Assembly (NCBI GenBank): GCA_001789205.1
Contig: MFYT01000006.1
Span: 10,770-74,769, forward strand
Reading direction: 5' to 3'
Source: Candidatus Raymondbacteria bacterium RIFOXYA2_FULL_49_16
Lineage (GTDB): Bacteria > Fibrobacterota > OXYB2-FULL-49-7 > XYB2-FULL-49-35
Length of the DNA: 64,000 bases
Both the position numbers and the translations under genes were made by a program. Within the stretch, counting starts at the first letter, position 1. Each line of letters begins with the position of its first letter. The notes under the pieces are model-generated. The model had not been told where the DNA came from. It made no database searches and saw only the letters and a program-made list of their open reading frames with translations. Below, one piece after another: positions 1 through 9,662 of this stretch.

Positions 1-167
1 CAGAGGTGCTGGTACTGGTTTCCCTGGATCAGCTTTTCAATTGTGCCGCCCCACTGTTTTACTGCCAGTTCCTGGCTGAATATCTCGATAAAGGTGGAGT
101 TGCCGCAATCAAAATAATATCCAAAGGGCGTGCCATCCTCAAGATCGAGGGTGAATTTGATTGGCAT
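1..167 (-). CDS. hypothetical protein, N-terminal fragment only (gene runs off the window start)
   Basis: ATG at 165-167 on the minus strand opens a frame that reaches position 1 (MPIKFTLDLEDGTPFGYYFDCGNSTFIEIF...). No family is recognisable from 55 codons. Confidence 0.3.
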   Translation of the reverse strand, partial: MPIKFTLDLEDGTPFGYYFDCGNSTFIEIFSQELAVKQWGGTIEKLIQGNQYQHL

Positions 168-261
168 GCTGAGTTTTTTTGAGTAAAAATCGACCATAGC
201 GTCAATATTTTTTGTGTAAAAACAGATGTGGGCCATTTGGCGAATCATACGTATAACCTCG

Positions 262-1962
262 TTATTGTGCTTTGAATACCATCTTGACCGCCTCGTACGC
301 GAGCTTGGGTCTGCGGTATTCGTCCACAGTCCCCTTGTTATTAAACGCGCGCGGCCGGGTGAGGGCAAAGGCGCTTGCATGGGTGCGGCAGTCGCAGAAC
401 TGCCAGAGCGAAACACCCGCAATTGCTGAATTGTTTTTCACTTCAATGCATACGGTCTTCAAATGTTCAGTCTGAAACTCTTCGGACCAGTGGGCGTGCA
501 AAGGGTCTCTCCAGCCATAGATGGCGCCCGCCCCAATTTCAGAAAGAATAAAGGGTTTTTTACCAAAACCCCGTTTTCCAAGCGAATCCATAATTTTATT
601 TATGTGCGGGACAATCTCGTCAAGTGGCGCCATTTTTTCCCTATCAATCGCGTACCAGCCAGGATAGGTGTTGACGCATACTACGTCGGCCAGGTCGAAA
701 TTGAGATCATCAAAGGGAAACATACTGGCATAGGTCACCAGCCTGGACGGGTCTTCCGCGCGGATACACGCTGCCAGACGGGTGTAGAGGTCGCGCGATT
801 CAGGAATGTTGCTTGCGCCCTCGTTGAGAAAGCCCCAGAGTACCACCGACGGATGGTTGATGCTGTTCTGCACCATAAGACGGGTCTGGCGTTCCTGCGC
901 TTCCACAAACAGCTGGTTTTTGAAGTGCTCGACTTTTTGGCCCCAGCCAAGGCTCTCTTCCATGACCAGAAAACCTTTTTCATCGCACAGATCGAGAAAA
1001 CGCTGGTCCTGCGGATAATGCGAACCCCGTACAAAATTACAGCCAAGGTCTTTCAGCAACTGGAGGTCGTCTACAAGCTGTTGCAGGGGCAGGGCAGGGC
1101 CGTATTGCGGATGGGCCTCATGACGGCAGTATCCCAATAGCTTGATAGTCTGTCCATTTAAAAAAACAGACCCTTTTTTTGCCTCAATGGTCCTTAAACC
1201 AAACCGTTCTACAATGTCGTCGTCTTTTGTTCGCACCTGCATAATGTGCAAACAAGGGTTTTCAGGAGACCAGGGAGTGGGATTTGGCACAGTGAGGTCA
1301 ACCGCAACACGGTTGTTTTTTACCGGAATATTCTGGAATTCTTGAATGGCGCTGTTATCTAGTGAAACAGACAGGGTGATTTGATCAGGCGTCGCACCGT
1401 TGAAGAGAATGTCCGCCTCGATTTTCCCCGAGGCAAGGTCCAGTGTTTTTATCCGCGCCCGTTCAATGAAGCAGGCGGGCGTTTCGTGCCATGCAACGCT
1501 CCTGAAGATGCCTCCGTAGGCGTAAAAATCGAAAAATTGCTCTTGAAGGGGCACGCGTTTTTTATCGAATCTGTTGTCTATAAGCACGATAAGTTCCCGG
1601 ACACGTTTTTCCGAAGCAGGGACTTGGACCCAAAAGCCCGAGTAGGGAAGGCTGCTTTCGTGCAACATGGTCCCATCCACAATGATCCTGCACCACATGC
1701 CAAGACCATGGAAGCGGATGCGGCCGGGCATGCCTGGTGTTACTTCAACCAAGGTCCGGTAGGCGGCTGTACCCCGTTTTCCCGCATAAGCGGGGCTGGC
1801 ATCGAACGCGCCGGGCACTGGCATGCGGTCTATGTATGCGAGGTTTTTAAGATCAATTGCCTCAAGATCGCACTCTGTTCCCAGGAACATAAAATCCCAC
1901 ATACCGTCGAGCAGATGAACTGTGCGGGAAACATGGCGCGGGTAGGGAGTTATTGTATTCAT
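262..1962 (-). CDS. uidA: glycoside hydrolase family 2, beta-glucuronidase-like
   Basis: The 566-aa product is collinear with E. coli GUS (LDGMWDF...RFDAV-like, NHPSVVLW..NE, TYPGWY, final KLAYEAVK). The start is set at MNTITPY (1962) because a terminator hairpin at 2007-2043 lies inside the longer ORF-track extension. Confidence 0.75.
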   Translation of the reverse strand: MNTITPYPRHVSRTVHLLDGMWDFMFLGTECDLEAIDLKNLAYIDRMPVPGAFDASPAYAGKRGTAAYRTLVEVTPGMPGRIRFHGLGMWCRIIVDGTMLHESSLPYSGFWVQVPASEKRVRELIVLIDNRFDKKRVPLQEQFFDFYAYGGIFRSVAWHETPACFIERARIKTLDLASGKIEADILFNGATPDQITLSVSLDNSAIQEFQNIPVKNNRVAVDLTVPNPTPWSPENPCLHIMQVRTKDDDIVERFGLRTIEAKKGSVFLNGQTIKLLGYCRHEAHPQYGPALPLQQLVDDLQLLKDLGCNFVRGSHYPQDQRFLDLCDEKGFLVMEESLGWGQKVEHFKNQLFVEAQERQTRLMVQNSINHPSVVLWGFLNEGASNIPESRDLYTRLAACIRAEDPSRLVTYASMFPFDDLNFDLADVVCVNTYPGWYAIDREKMAPLDEIVPHINKIMDSLGKRGFGKKPFILSEIGAGAIYGWRDPLHAHWSEEFQTEHLKTVCIEVKNNSAIAGVSLWQFCDCRTHASAFALTRPRAFNNKGTVDEYRRPKLAYEAVKMVFKAQ

Positions 1963-2006
1963 GCATGAAATATACTTTTTTACACGCATATGCCACTTTA
2001 CCGGAG

Positions 2007-2043
2007 ATAAAAAAGTGCGGGACGCCCTTGGGAGGCGTCCCGC
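2007..2043 (-). terminator. rho-independent terminator downstream of the sigma factor gene
   Basis: On the minus strand: GCGGGACGCC-TCCCAAG-GGCGTCCCGC followed by a T-run (A-run on plus, 2007-2015). Its counterpart after the mini-sigma is at 41152-41184. Confidence 0.6.
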
Positions 2044-2085
2044 ACCAACCACAAAAGAGAAGGGGGGGATTTATGTATACGCCTA

Positions 2086-2934
2086 TTAGGCGCAATGCGC
2101 CATTTGCACTGTGGGAAAACCCGCTTTCATTTTTTCGAGGGCCTTTTTCTTGATCTGACGCACACGTTCTTTGGAGATGTTCAATTTTCTACCGATCTGC
2201 TCGAGGTTGAAGGAGGTTTCCGCGTCAATGCCAAAATAATACTTGATGACCTTTTTTTCCTGCGTGTTGAGGGAATCGACCATCTCATCGATATTAAAGC
2301 GCAGGGCGTCCTTGTCCACGAATTCGTCCGGCGCCTCGGTGTGGGTGTCGGCCATGAGGTCGTGGATATTGGCGTCGTTCTCGTCATCGATCTGGGCGTC
2401 CATGGAAACACGGTTGTTGGAAAGCGAGAGAATCTGCTCAATCTCGTACGGTTTGCTCTGGGACTTACGCGCCACATAATCGTAATCAATGAAGCCGTGT
2501 TCTTGCAGAGACATTTCCGCGAGGCGGTTGACCCGTTTTGACTTTGACTCTTTTTCCGCTGAGACGCGGACCAGGCGCGATTTCTCGTACAGGGCCTTGA
2601 TAATGGACTGCCGGATCCACCACACCGAGTAGGAGATGAACTTGACCGAGTAGCTTGACATATTGTAGCGATCAATGCTTTCAATGAGCCCAAGATTGCC
2701 TTCGTTGATGAGCTCGGGCATGGAGAGGCCCTGGTTTTGGTATTTTATCGACACGCTGACAACAAACCTCAGATTGGACGTGATTAGTTTATTGAGCGCT
2801 TCCTTGCTTTTGCTTTTTTTATATTCAGTGAGGAGTTCACGTTCCTCTTCGCGCGAAAGGCGCGGATACCCTCTGATCTCTTTCAAATATTGATTAACGA
2901 AGTCCTGCTCTGTTCTGTACTTCTTATAATACAT
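2086..2934 (-). CDS. rpoD: RNA polymerase primary sigma factor, short FCB-type sigma-A lacking region 1.1 (282 aa)
   Basis: NLRFVVSV..YQNQGLS.P(E/D)LINEGNLGLI and FISY.VWWIRQSI closely match Bacteroidota/Chlorobiota sigma-A. Region 4.2 is ISKERVRQIKKKALEKMK. GGAGG lies 5 nt before ATG TAT TAT AAG AAG (MYYKK); the ORF-track M at 2946 is actually a TTG inside the RBS. Confidence 0.85.
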   Translation of the reverse strand: MYYKKYRTEQDFVNQYLKEIRGYPRLSREEERELLTEYKKSKSKEALNKLITSNLRFVVSVSIKYQNQGLSMPELINEGNLGLIESIDRYNMSSYSVKFISYSVWWIRQSIIKALYEKSRLVRVSAEKESKSKRVNRLAEMSLQEHGFIDYDYVARKSQSKPYEIEQILSLSNNRVSMDAQIDDENDANIHDLMADTHTEAPDEFVDKDALRFNIDEMVDSLNTQEKKVIKYYFGIDAETSFNLEQIGRKLNISKERVRQIKKKALEKMKAGFPTVQMAHCA

Positions 2935-2969
2935 TTTAACCTCCAATTCTCGTTTGATGTTCTATAAAA

Positions 2970-2999
2970 ATATAACGAAAGTGGCTTTTCTATGTGTCA
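2970..2999 (-). promoter_or_regulatory. putative rpoD promoter (TGACAC-N18-TTATAT in sense orientation)
   Basis: Sense strand reads ...CCGTGACACATAGAAAAGCCACTTTCGTTATATTTTTATAG... about 30 nt upstream of the ATG. The same block recurs upstream of the mini-sigma at 40787-40816. The hexamer assignment is tentative. Confidence 0.35.
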
Positions 3000-3069
3000 C
3001 GGTATTGTAATGGAGAGGTAAAAAGACGGTAATGGAAAAAATCGGCGTAACCCGCTATTTTATAATGAC

Positions 3070-3624
3070 TTACTGAACAGAATTGTTTTCTTTCACAATG
3101 TGTTCACCGATTTTTTCATTATAAATTCCCACAGCTTCAGGGATTTTATCGTGGGCAAGATAGTTGGGAACCCAGCTGATAAGGGTAAATCCGAATCCAA
3201 CAAAGAGGATAGGGGAGATTCCTTCGCCTCCAGCCAGAGATACAATGGCGCCTAGTGCCGAGAGGCCAAGGCCGCCGAAAAAGAGCCCGGAAAAGCCCAT
3301 TTTGCAGTTTCTATACGAAAGCATGATTTGGTAGGCGGGATCGACATCGTACACATATTCGGCGAGGTTGTCTCCGAAATAGGTCACTTTGGTATAGCGG
3401 ATGTCGCGATCGACTCTGAAATAGTACTGGTTTGATTTCGGTTTTTGCTTGATGCCTTTCTGGGAGAAAACATCTTCCTCTGTGGTAAGGTCGATATAGG
3501 TCATGCCCCTGAGGGGTTCGAGATTGAGATTGTCCGTCGCCTCAGCCGTGTCCCTCTCGGCCTGTTGTGCGCCTGTATATGCGCACGCAAAAAAAAGGAT
3601 GCTGAAAAGCGTTATCCGGAGCAT
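3070..3624 (-). CDS. hypothetical secreted/membrane protein (signal peptide, C-terminal Gly-rich TM)
   Basis: Starts MLRITLFSILFFACAYTGAQQ at the internal ATG (3622-3624). C-terminal GFSGLFFGGLGLSALGAIVSLAGG is hydrophobic. The sequence upstream of this ATG in the long ORF is AT-rich and non-protein-like. Confidence 0.45.
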   Translation of the reverse strand: MLRITLFSILFFACAYTGAQQAERDTAEATDNLNLEPLRGMTYIDLTTEEDVFSQKGIKQKPKSNQYYFRVDRDIRYTKVTYFGDNLAEYVYDVDPAYQIMLSYRNCKMGFSGLFFGGLGLSALGAIVSLAGGEGISPILFVGFGFTLISWVPNYLAHDKIPEAVGIYNEKIGEHIVKENNSVQ

Positions 3625-3670
3625 GATACTGTCCTGTCCCCCCTCATACTTAAATATTGTATAACATATA

Positions 3671-4279
3671 TTATTTTTCATTGAATTTTCTATCAACATT
3701 ATGAATTTCAGCCTGTACGTTTCGTAGAATGCGCCATTCGGAAAGGTCGGTATTGGCAATAAACCCCCGGCCCGAATAGACATCGCCCTCCTCGGTCACC
3801 ATGCGGACGAATTTATCCGAAGTGACCTTGGCCGACTTTTTGTCCCAGGCGATGAGCGAGGTGGTTACTCGCTTTCCCTCTGCGGTTGATATTTTGACTT
3901 TGCCCATTGCTATGAGCGTGTCCATGTTTTCAGAGATTTTCCCTGAATCGGCCGTGAGGTGCGAGGTGCCGTTTGTCTGAAAATAGACCAAGTCAACGGG
4001 ATTCACATAGGTGCGGCTGTCTTTACGGTATTTTATAATGTGCGTTGATGTAAGGGTCCAGAGCTTCCGGTTGTCCTCGGTAAGGGTAAGCCGGGTGGTA
4101 TCGAAGAATTCCTGAACGGGCAAGCGGCTCTCCTCAATCCTGGTACCGCTGATTTTTGGCTTGTCCCTGGAGCAGGAAATAAGAATCAGACAGCAGGCAA
4201 CAGGCAGCAGGCAGATAAAAGCCCTGACAAAGAGACCTAACGGCTGCCGGTTGCCAAGTATCCGCTGATTGCTTATCAT
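3671..4279 (-). CDS. LptC-like LPS export periplasmic protein (N-terminal TM anchor)
   Basis: The ATG at 4277-4279 overlaps the upstream acyltransferase stop (ATGA). The product starts MISNQRILGNRQPLGLFVRAFICLLPVACCLILISC (TM) followed by a beta-rich ~170-aa domain of the OstA/LptC type. It sits next to an lpxL-like gene. Confidence 0.5.
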   Translation of the reverse strand: MISNQRILGNRQPLGLFVRAFICLLPVACCLILISCSRDKPKISGTRIEESRLPVQEFFDTTRLTLTEDNRKLWTLTSTHIIKYRKDSRTYVNPVDLVYFQTNGTSHLTADSGKISENMDTLIAMGKVKISTAEGKRVTTSLIAWDKKSAKVTSDKFVRMVTEEGDVYSGRGFIANTDLSEWRILRNVQAEIHNVDRKFNEK

Positions 4280-5178
4280 GGCTTTGATTTCCATCGGTCG
4301 TGCATCCAAATCCATTGGGCGGGATCGTTCCTGATCACCTGTTCGAGCAGCGTGTTGAATTGGGTCATGACCGAGGTGATTTTCTCATCCTCGGCGTGTC
4401 CCCGCGGCTCAAGCGGGGGATGTATCGTGACCCGCTGGGTGTTGTCCGCCATGCGTTCCGTAAAAACAGGAATGAGCAGCGCACCAGTACGCACGCCAAG
4501 TTTGAAGGGCCCCATGACTGTTTTTGCCGGTTGTCCGAAAAAAGGTACAAATCTGCTTTCAACTCTTGTGTCAAGATCACACAGAACGCCCAGCGCCCGG
4601 CCCTGTTTGAGCCAGGAAAGCACGGCCCGGGGGCTTTCCTGGCGTTCGAGGTAGGTGACGTTGAAGAGACCGCGGTTGCGCGCAATAAAGCGGCTGACGC
4701 GTTCGTCGAACGAGGGCGCGCCCAGTACCAGTATGGGGAAACCGAGCAGGGAGAACCGGGGCGGCATCATTTCAAAGCAGCCTGTGTGCGCGGTGACAAA
4801 AATAATACCGCGGCCCGCGGCCAACGCGGTGTGTGCTATTTCCAGGTTGCGAACGGCCATATACCGCCCGGGCGCCTGTGTAAAAAGCTGTTTCATGAGG
4901 ATAGCGTCGACCAGATTCGCGGTGATGTTGGCAAAGACGCGTTCGCCAATGGCGCGACGGTCCTTTTCAGTGAGTTCCGGACCAAAGGCGCGCGCCAGAT
5001 TGGCGTCCATCTTGTTCCGTTCGTGTGCGGCAAGCTGGTATGCGGCCCGGGCGAGCCATGTGGCTGCGCAAAGCGATGCGCCGCGGGGGATCACGCCAAT
5101 GCAGGCTGCCGCCGCCCGAATGGCAAGATAGATGGCGGTGTTTTTCACCCGTTTTTTGAGGGGCTGGTCACTTTTCAT
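4276..5178 (-). CDS. lipid A biosynthesis lauroyl/myristoyl acyltransferase (LpxL/HtrB family lysophospholipid acyltransferase)
   Basis: The 300-aa product starts MKSDQPLKKRVKNTAIYLAIRAAAA and carries a VTAHTGCFE (HX4E-like) acyltransferase motif. Its length and order are typical of LpxL/LpxM. Confidence 0.7.
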   Translation of the reverse strand: MKSDQPLKKRVKNTAIYLAIRAAAACIGVIPRGASLCAATWLARAAYQLAAHERNKMDANLARAFGPELTEKDRRAIGERVFANITANLVDAILMKQLFTQAPGRYMAVRNLEIAHTALAAGRGIIFVTAHTGCFEMMPPRFSLLGFPILVLGAPSFDERVSRFIARNRGLFNVTYLERQESPRAVLSWLKQGRALGVLCDLDTRVESRFVPFFGQPAKTVMGPFKLGVRTGALLIPVFTERMADNTQRVTIHPPLEPRGHAEDEKITSVMTQFNTLLEQVIRNDPAQWIWMHDRWKSKP

Positions 5179-6079
5179 ACAGGTATCCGATGAGTACTCT
5201 GCCCACGGCATCGAGGCTTTCAGCAGAGCATTTGTCGGGCGTGTCCTGCGCCGTATGCCAGTACGGGTAATCAAAATCGATAAGGTCAATGGCCGGGAGG
5301 CCCTTTTCAATGAGCGGCACATGGTCGTCGAGGACCATGGGCCCCATACGGTCAACGAATGCGGGAATGTTCAGCGACGCTGCTATGTCCCAGAGCGTCC
5401 GGATAAGCAGGGGTGCGCTTTTAACCGAGCCAGGCTCTTTTGGTATGGAGAGGTTGCGGTCGCCGATCATGTCGATAAGGATGGCGCCCGCATAGGAAGC
5501 GGGCTTGGCCTGTGCGGCGAAGTGCTTTGATCCCAAAAACCAGAAATTGTCGCCACCGTTGCCCATGTCCTCGCCGTCGAAAAAAATTATCTCCACGCTT
5601 TTTGTAGAAGAAAGGCTATCGAGCGCGGTACATATCTCCATGAGGACCGCCACACCGCTGGCGCCGTCGTTTGCGCCCGGGATGGGCGTGTTCCGGTTAA
5701 CCTGCAGGGGCTCACGGTCGGCCCAGGGGCGCGTGTCCCAGTGGGCGCAGAGAATTGTTTTTTTAGGAGCAAGGCCGGTAAAGGTGATATGAAAATTTGT
5801 CAGCGCGAGCGCTTTTCCCTGCCGGGTGTCTTGTACGGAAAAATCATGGCGGGCATAGGTCCCATTTTTTTTCGATTTGAGAAATGTTTCGAGCCATATT
5901 TTCATGTTTCTATGACCTTGGGAGTTGGGATCCCTGGGCCCCAAAGCGCATTGGGCTTCGAGGTACGAAAAGGCGCGTTGAGAGTTGAACCGGGGAGTCG
6001 CGGCCCCAGCAACCAGGACTGGAAATAAAAAAAGGAGAGCGTAGAAAACTCCAGCGACTCTCCCGAAGTGCGTACGCAT
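5168..6079 (-). CDS. M28 family zinc peptidase (aminopeptidase/glutaminyl cyclase-like)
   Basis: Signal peptide MRTHFGRVAGVFYALLFLFPVLVAGAA. Carries HWDTRPWAD, GANDGASGVAVLME and FFDGED metal-binding motifs. Confidence 0.75.
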   Translation of the reverse strand: MRTHFGRVAGVFYALLFLFPVLVAGAATPRFNSQRAFSYLEAQCALGPRDPNSQGHRNMKIWLETFLKSKKNGTYARHDFSVQDTRQGKALALTNFHITFTGLAPKKTILCAHWDTRPWADREPLQVNRNTPIPGANDGASGVAVLMEICTALDSLSSTKSVEIIFFDGEDMGNGGDNFWFLGSKHFAAQAKPASYAGAILIDMIGDRNLSIPKEPGSVKSAPLLIRTLWDIAASLNIPAFVDRMGPMVLDDHVPLIEKGLPAIDLIDFDYPYWHTAQDTPDKCSAESLDAVGRVLIGYLYEK

Positions 6080-6469
6080 TTATTCGAGGTTTTTGCGCTT
6101 TTTTTCCTCTTCGGCCGATTTGCATTTTATGCAGAGCCGCGCGTGGGGAACGGCCTTGAGCCGCTCGAAATCGATGTCCTCGCTGCATTCCACGCACACG
6201 CCATAGTCCTTGTCTTTTACACGGAGCAGCGCCTCCTCGATGTGGTGCAGATACCGGCCTTCGCGTGAGGCGAAGAGGAAGGCCTTTTCGCGCTCCTGGA
6301 AATCGGTCGCCTGGTCGGCGAGGTGATAGGTGTAGGACGAGAGTTCGCCGCTGGCCTCTTTAGAGGTTGTGTTGAAATTTGACTCCTCGATGAGATTGAG
6401 CTCTTTGAGCAGGGTAGTGCGTTTTTCCATCAGGAGTTTTTCGAAGAATTTCCGGTCTTTCTGGTTCAT
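6080..6469 (-). CDS. DksA/TraR family C4 zinc-finger transcription factor
   Basis: 129 aa with CVECSEDID...RLCIKC (CxxC-N17-CxxC) at the C-terminus and a coiled-coil N-terminal part. Confidence 0.7.
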   Translation of the reverse strand: MNQKDRKFFEKLLMEKRTTLLKELNLIEESNFNTTSKEASGELSSYTYHLADQATDFQEREKAFLFASREGRYLHHIEEALLRVKDKDYGVCVECSEDIDFERLKAVPHARLCIKCKSAEEEKKRKNLE

Positions 6470-6511
6470 GCGCCCATCCTTTGTGACAATGTATTCTTGG
6501 TAAGATACATT

Positions 6512-9500
6512 TTATTTTTGCGCCTTTTCAATGCCGATTTTTACGGGCGCATCGTTAATAATATACTCTTTTTTTTCCTGAACGGAACCCGGAATCTTGG
6601 CGTCGAGGAAGGTCGCAAGGGTCTCGGACAGAACAAGCTCGCGGTATCGCACGCCAATGGCCGCAGCGAGGGCCGCGTCCGCGGTCTCAAAATGAAGCCG
6701 GATGCGGTCTTCCTTGTCCAGGCCGATTTCCTTGCGCATGGTATTGACGCGGTTCTTGAATTCGAGCGCAAGGCTTTCGGCGAAAAGTTCCTCTGAGATA
6801 GTGATATCGAGCGCCACTGTTATGGCATCGCGCGACTCAATGGCGCCGCTGGTAAGGGAGGTCCGTTCCACCACCACTTCACCGGGTTCGACGGCAACGC
6901 CCAAAATGCTTACGGGCGTGCCGTTGGCAAGCTCTGTTACACGGGCGGGTTCGAGGGCGGCGATGGCTACCGCGGCTTCCTTCATGCGCGGGCCGAACTT
7001 TTTTCCCAGCAGCCGGTAGTTGGGTTTGACCGTAAGCGAAACGATGGCCGTGGCGTCATTGGCCCAATCAATTCGTTTTATATTCAATTCCTCCCTGATC
7101 AGCTGTTCGTAGTGCCGTACCATTGACTGTTCGCGCTGTCCCATCACCACAGTGGCCAGGGGCAGAGGCTGCCGGTTTTTGATGTTGTGTTTGGCGCGCA
7201 GGGCATTGCCAATGCCCACCACGGCGCGTACCAGGCGCATCCGTTCCTCGAGTTCGGGATCAATGTGCGATTCGTCGGCCATGGGATATTCGCAGAGATG
7301 CACGGACGCGGGGCCGCCTTTTAAAGCGAGGTTTTGGTACATTTCCTCGGATACGAAGGGCAGTATAGGCGCCAGGACCTTCGAGAAGGTGAGTAGCACC
7401 GTATGGAGGGTGCTGTGGCATTCGTTTTTGGCGGCGGGGTCATCGGCGACATTGGCCCAAAAGCGTCCGCGGCTCCGCCTGATGTACCAGTTGGTGAGAT
7501 CGTCGATGAAATCGACCACGGCCGGCACCACCTTGTACAGGTTGTACGATTCCATCTGGGCGTTTACTTCCTTGACAAGACTCTGGAGCATGGAGAGGAT
7601 CCAGCGGTCGAGTTCGTTGCGCGAGCGCACGGTGTTGCGCGCGGGGTCCCAGCCGTCGGTGATCGCGTATTCAATGAAAAAGTTATACGAATTCCAGAGC
7701 GGGATAATTACGCTTTTCAGTATTTCCTTTACTCCAGCCTCCGAGAACCGGAGGTCCTCGGCCCTGACAACAGGAGAATTGATGAGATACATGCGCAACG
7801 CGTCAGCTCCATAGGTTTCCATCACATATTCGGGCGCAGGATAGTTCTTGAGGCGCTTGCTCATCTTCTTGCCGTCCTCGGCAAGGATGAGGCCGTTCAC
7901 GATCACGTTTCTGAACGCGGGTTTCTCGAAAAGAATGGTTGAGAGTACGAGAAGGGTGTAGAACCATCCGCGCGTCTGGTCGAGTCCTTCGGCAATGAAA
8001 TCCGCGGGAAAACCCTGTTCAAAAAGCTCTTTGTTTTCAAAGGGATAGTGCTTTTGTCCATAAGGCATTGAACCCGACTCGAACCAGCAGTCAAAGACCT
8101 CGGGCGTGCGCCGCATGGCGCCGGAACAGCCGGACCGTGTGCAGGCAAAGGTGATTGGGTCAAGCGTGTGCTTATGAAGATCGCCGGCAGTACGGCTGGC
8201 CAGGGCCTCAAGCTCTTTGATGGACCCTATGCATTCGACGTGGCCGCACGCTGGACAGATCCATAGGGGGATGCAACTGCCCCAGAAGCGGTTGCGGCTG
8301 ATGTTCCAGTCCTTGGCCTCCTTGAGCCAGTTGCCAAACCGCTTGCTTCCCACGTATTCGGGCACCCAATGGATGCGTTCGTTGCTGGCGCACAGTTTTT
8401 CGCGCAGATCCTCAACCCTGATATACCAGGCTTCGATAGCGCGGTATATCAGGGGAGTGTCGCTCCGGTCGCAGAAGGGGTAGCTGTGCACGATCGTACT
8501 CTGATGCACCAGCTTTCCCTGGCTTTTCAGCATATGGATAATGGCCTTGTCCGCGGCCTTGCAGTGCTGGCCCGAGAAATCCGGGACCATGCCGGTAAAG
8601 TTAGCCTCAATGTCCAGGGGATCGACAATCTCGATGTTCTCCTTGATGGAGATCCGGTAGTCGTCCTCGCCATAGGCGGGCGCCATGTGCACAATACCGG
8701 TGCCGTCCTCGGTGGTGACAAAGGGGTCGTTCAACACCCTGAAGGCGTTGGGGTGGTCTTTGAAATAGGGAAAGAGCGGCTCGTACGCCATGTTGTAGAG
8801 CGCCGTGCCTTTTATGCGAGAAAGGACCTCATACTCGCCGGGTTTTTTGTAATGAGTGGCAAGCCGCGCCTCGGCAAGGTAATAGACCGCGTTCTGGGCC
8901 GTGTCTCGTATCTTGACATAATCAATATCAGGTCCCGCGCACAGGGCCAGGTTGCTGGGGAGCGTCCAGGGTGTGGTGGTCCACACGAGGAAATACTCGT
9001 TTTCCGCACCTTTGATTTTGAATCTGACCGTTATTGAGGGGTCCTGCACGTCTTTGTAATTCGCATTTGCCTCAAAATTGGACAAGGGGGTCGTCAACGC
9101 CCATGAATAGGGCATGACCCGGTGTGCCTTGTACACCCGGCCCTTTTTCCAGATTTCCTTAAAAACCCACCAGACCGATTCCATGAAGGTGCGGTCCATG
9201 GTCTTGTAATCATTGTTAAAGTCGACGAAGCGACCCATGCGGGTGACCGTGGTCCGCCATGCTCCCGCGTATTTAAGCACCGAGGAACGGCAGGTTTCGT
9301 TGAAGAGGGCCACGCCTTTGTTCAGGATTTCGGGCGTGCCTTTGAGGCCCAGTTCGTCCTGCACCAGTTTTTCTATTGGCAGACCGTGGCAGTCCCAGCC
9401 AAAACGGCGTTCGACATAGCGGCCGCGCATTGTCCAGTAGCGGGGCACAATATCTTTGAGCGTGCCCGCGAGCAGGTGGCCGTAATGCGGCAGTCCTGTG

Positions 9501-9649
9501 GCAAAGGGCGGACCGTCGTAAAAGACAAAGGGCTTTTTCGCCTTGGTCTGTTCCAGGCTTTTTTCAAAGGTTTTATTTTTTTCCCAGAGGACCAGTACCT
9601 CTTTCTCCATTTCAGGAAAGGTACGGGATTTATCGAGTTTTTTAAACAT
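6512..9649 (-). CDS. ileS: isoleucine--tRNA ligase (type 2, eukaryote-like)
   Basis: Carries PPFATGLPHYGHLL (HIGH), KMSKRL (KMSKS) and a WCISRQ-like editing domain over ~1045 aa. Start is set at MFKKLDKSRTFPEMEKEVL (ATG 9647-9649). Confidence 0.95.
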   Translation of the reverse strand: MFKKLDKSRTFPEMEKEVLVLWEKNKTFEKSLEQTKAKKPFVFYDGPPFATGLPHYGHLLAGTLKDIVPRYWTMRGRYVERRFGWDCHGLPIEKLVQDELGLKGTPEILNKGVALFNETCRSSVLKYAGAWRTTVTRMGRFVDFNNDYKTMDRTFMESVWWVFKEIWKKGRVYKAHRVMPYSWALTTPLSNFEANANYKDVQDPSITVRFKIKGAENEYFLVWTTTPWTLPSNLALCAGPDIDYVKIRDTAQNAVYYLAEARLATHYKKPGEYEVLSRIKGTALYNMAYEPLFPYFKDHPNAFRVLNDPFVTTEDGTGIVHMAPAYGEDDYRISIKENIEIVDPLDIEANFTGMVPDFSGQHCKAADKAIIHMLKSQGKLVHQSTIVHSYPFCDRSDTPLIYRAIEAWYIRVEDLREKLCASNERIHWVPEYVGSKRFGNWLKEAKDWNISRNRFWGSCIPLWICPACGHVECIGSIKELEALASRTAGDLHKHTLDPITFACTRSGCSGAMRRTPEVFDCWFESGSMPYGQKHYPFENKELFEQGFPADFIAEGLDQTRGWFYTLLVLSTILFEKPAFRNVIVNGLILAEDGKKMSKRLKNYPAPEYVMETYGADALRMYLINSPVVRAEDLRFSEAGVKEILKSVIIPLWNSYNFFIEYAITDGWDPARNTVRSRNELDRWILSMLQSLVKEVNAQMESYNLYKVVPAVVDFIDDLTNWYIRRSRGRFWANVADDPAAKNECHSTLHTVLLTFSKVLAPILPFVSEEMYQNLALKGGPASVHLCEYPMADESHIDPELEERMRLVRAVVGIGNALRAKHNIKNRQPLPLATVVMGQREQSMVRHYEQLIREELNIKRIDWANDATAIVSLTVKPNYRLLGKKFGPRMKEAAVAIAALEPARVTELANGTPVSILGVAVEPGEVVVERTSLTSGAIESRDAITVALDITISEELFAESLALEFKNRVNTMRKEIGLDKEDRIRLHFETADAALAAAIGVRYRELVLSETLATFLDAKIPGSVQEKKEYIINDAPVKIGIEKAQK

Positions 9650-9662
9650 GATACATGTGTCC

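Noticed and set aside
463-1968. Several plus-strand ORFs (463-1140, 1381-1968, others) inside the beta-glucuronidase locus
   Set aside because: They run antisense to a gene with clear full-length homology. They have no RBS and no family resemblance, as expected of spurious ORFs in GC-rich DNA.
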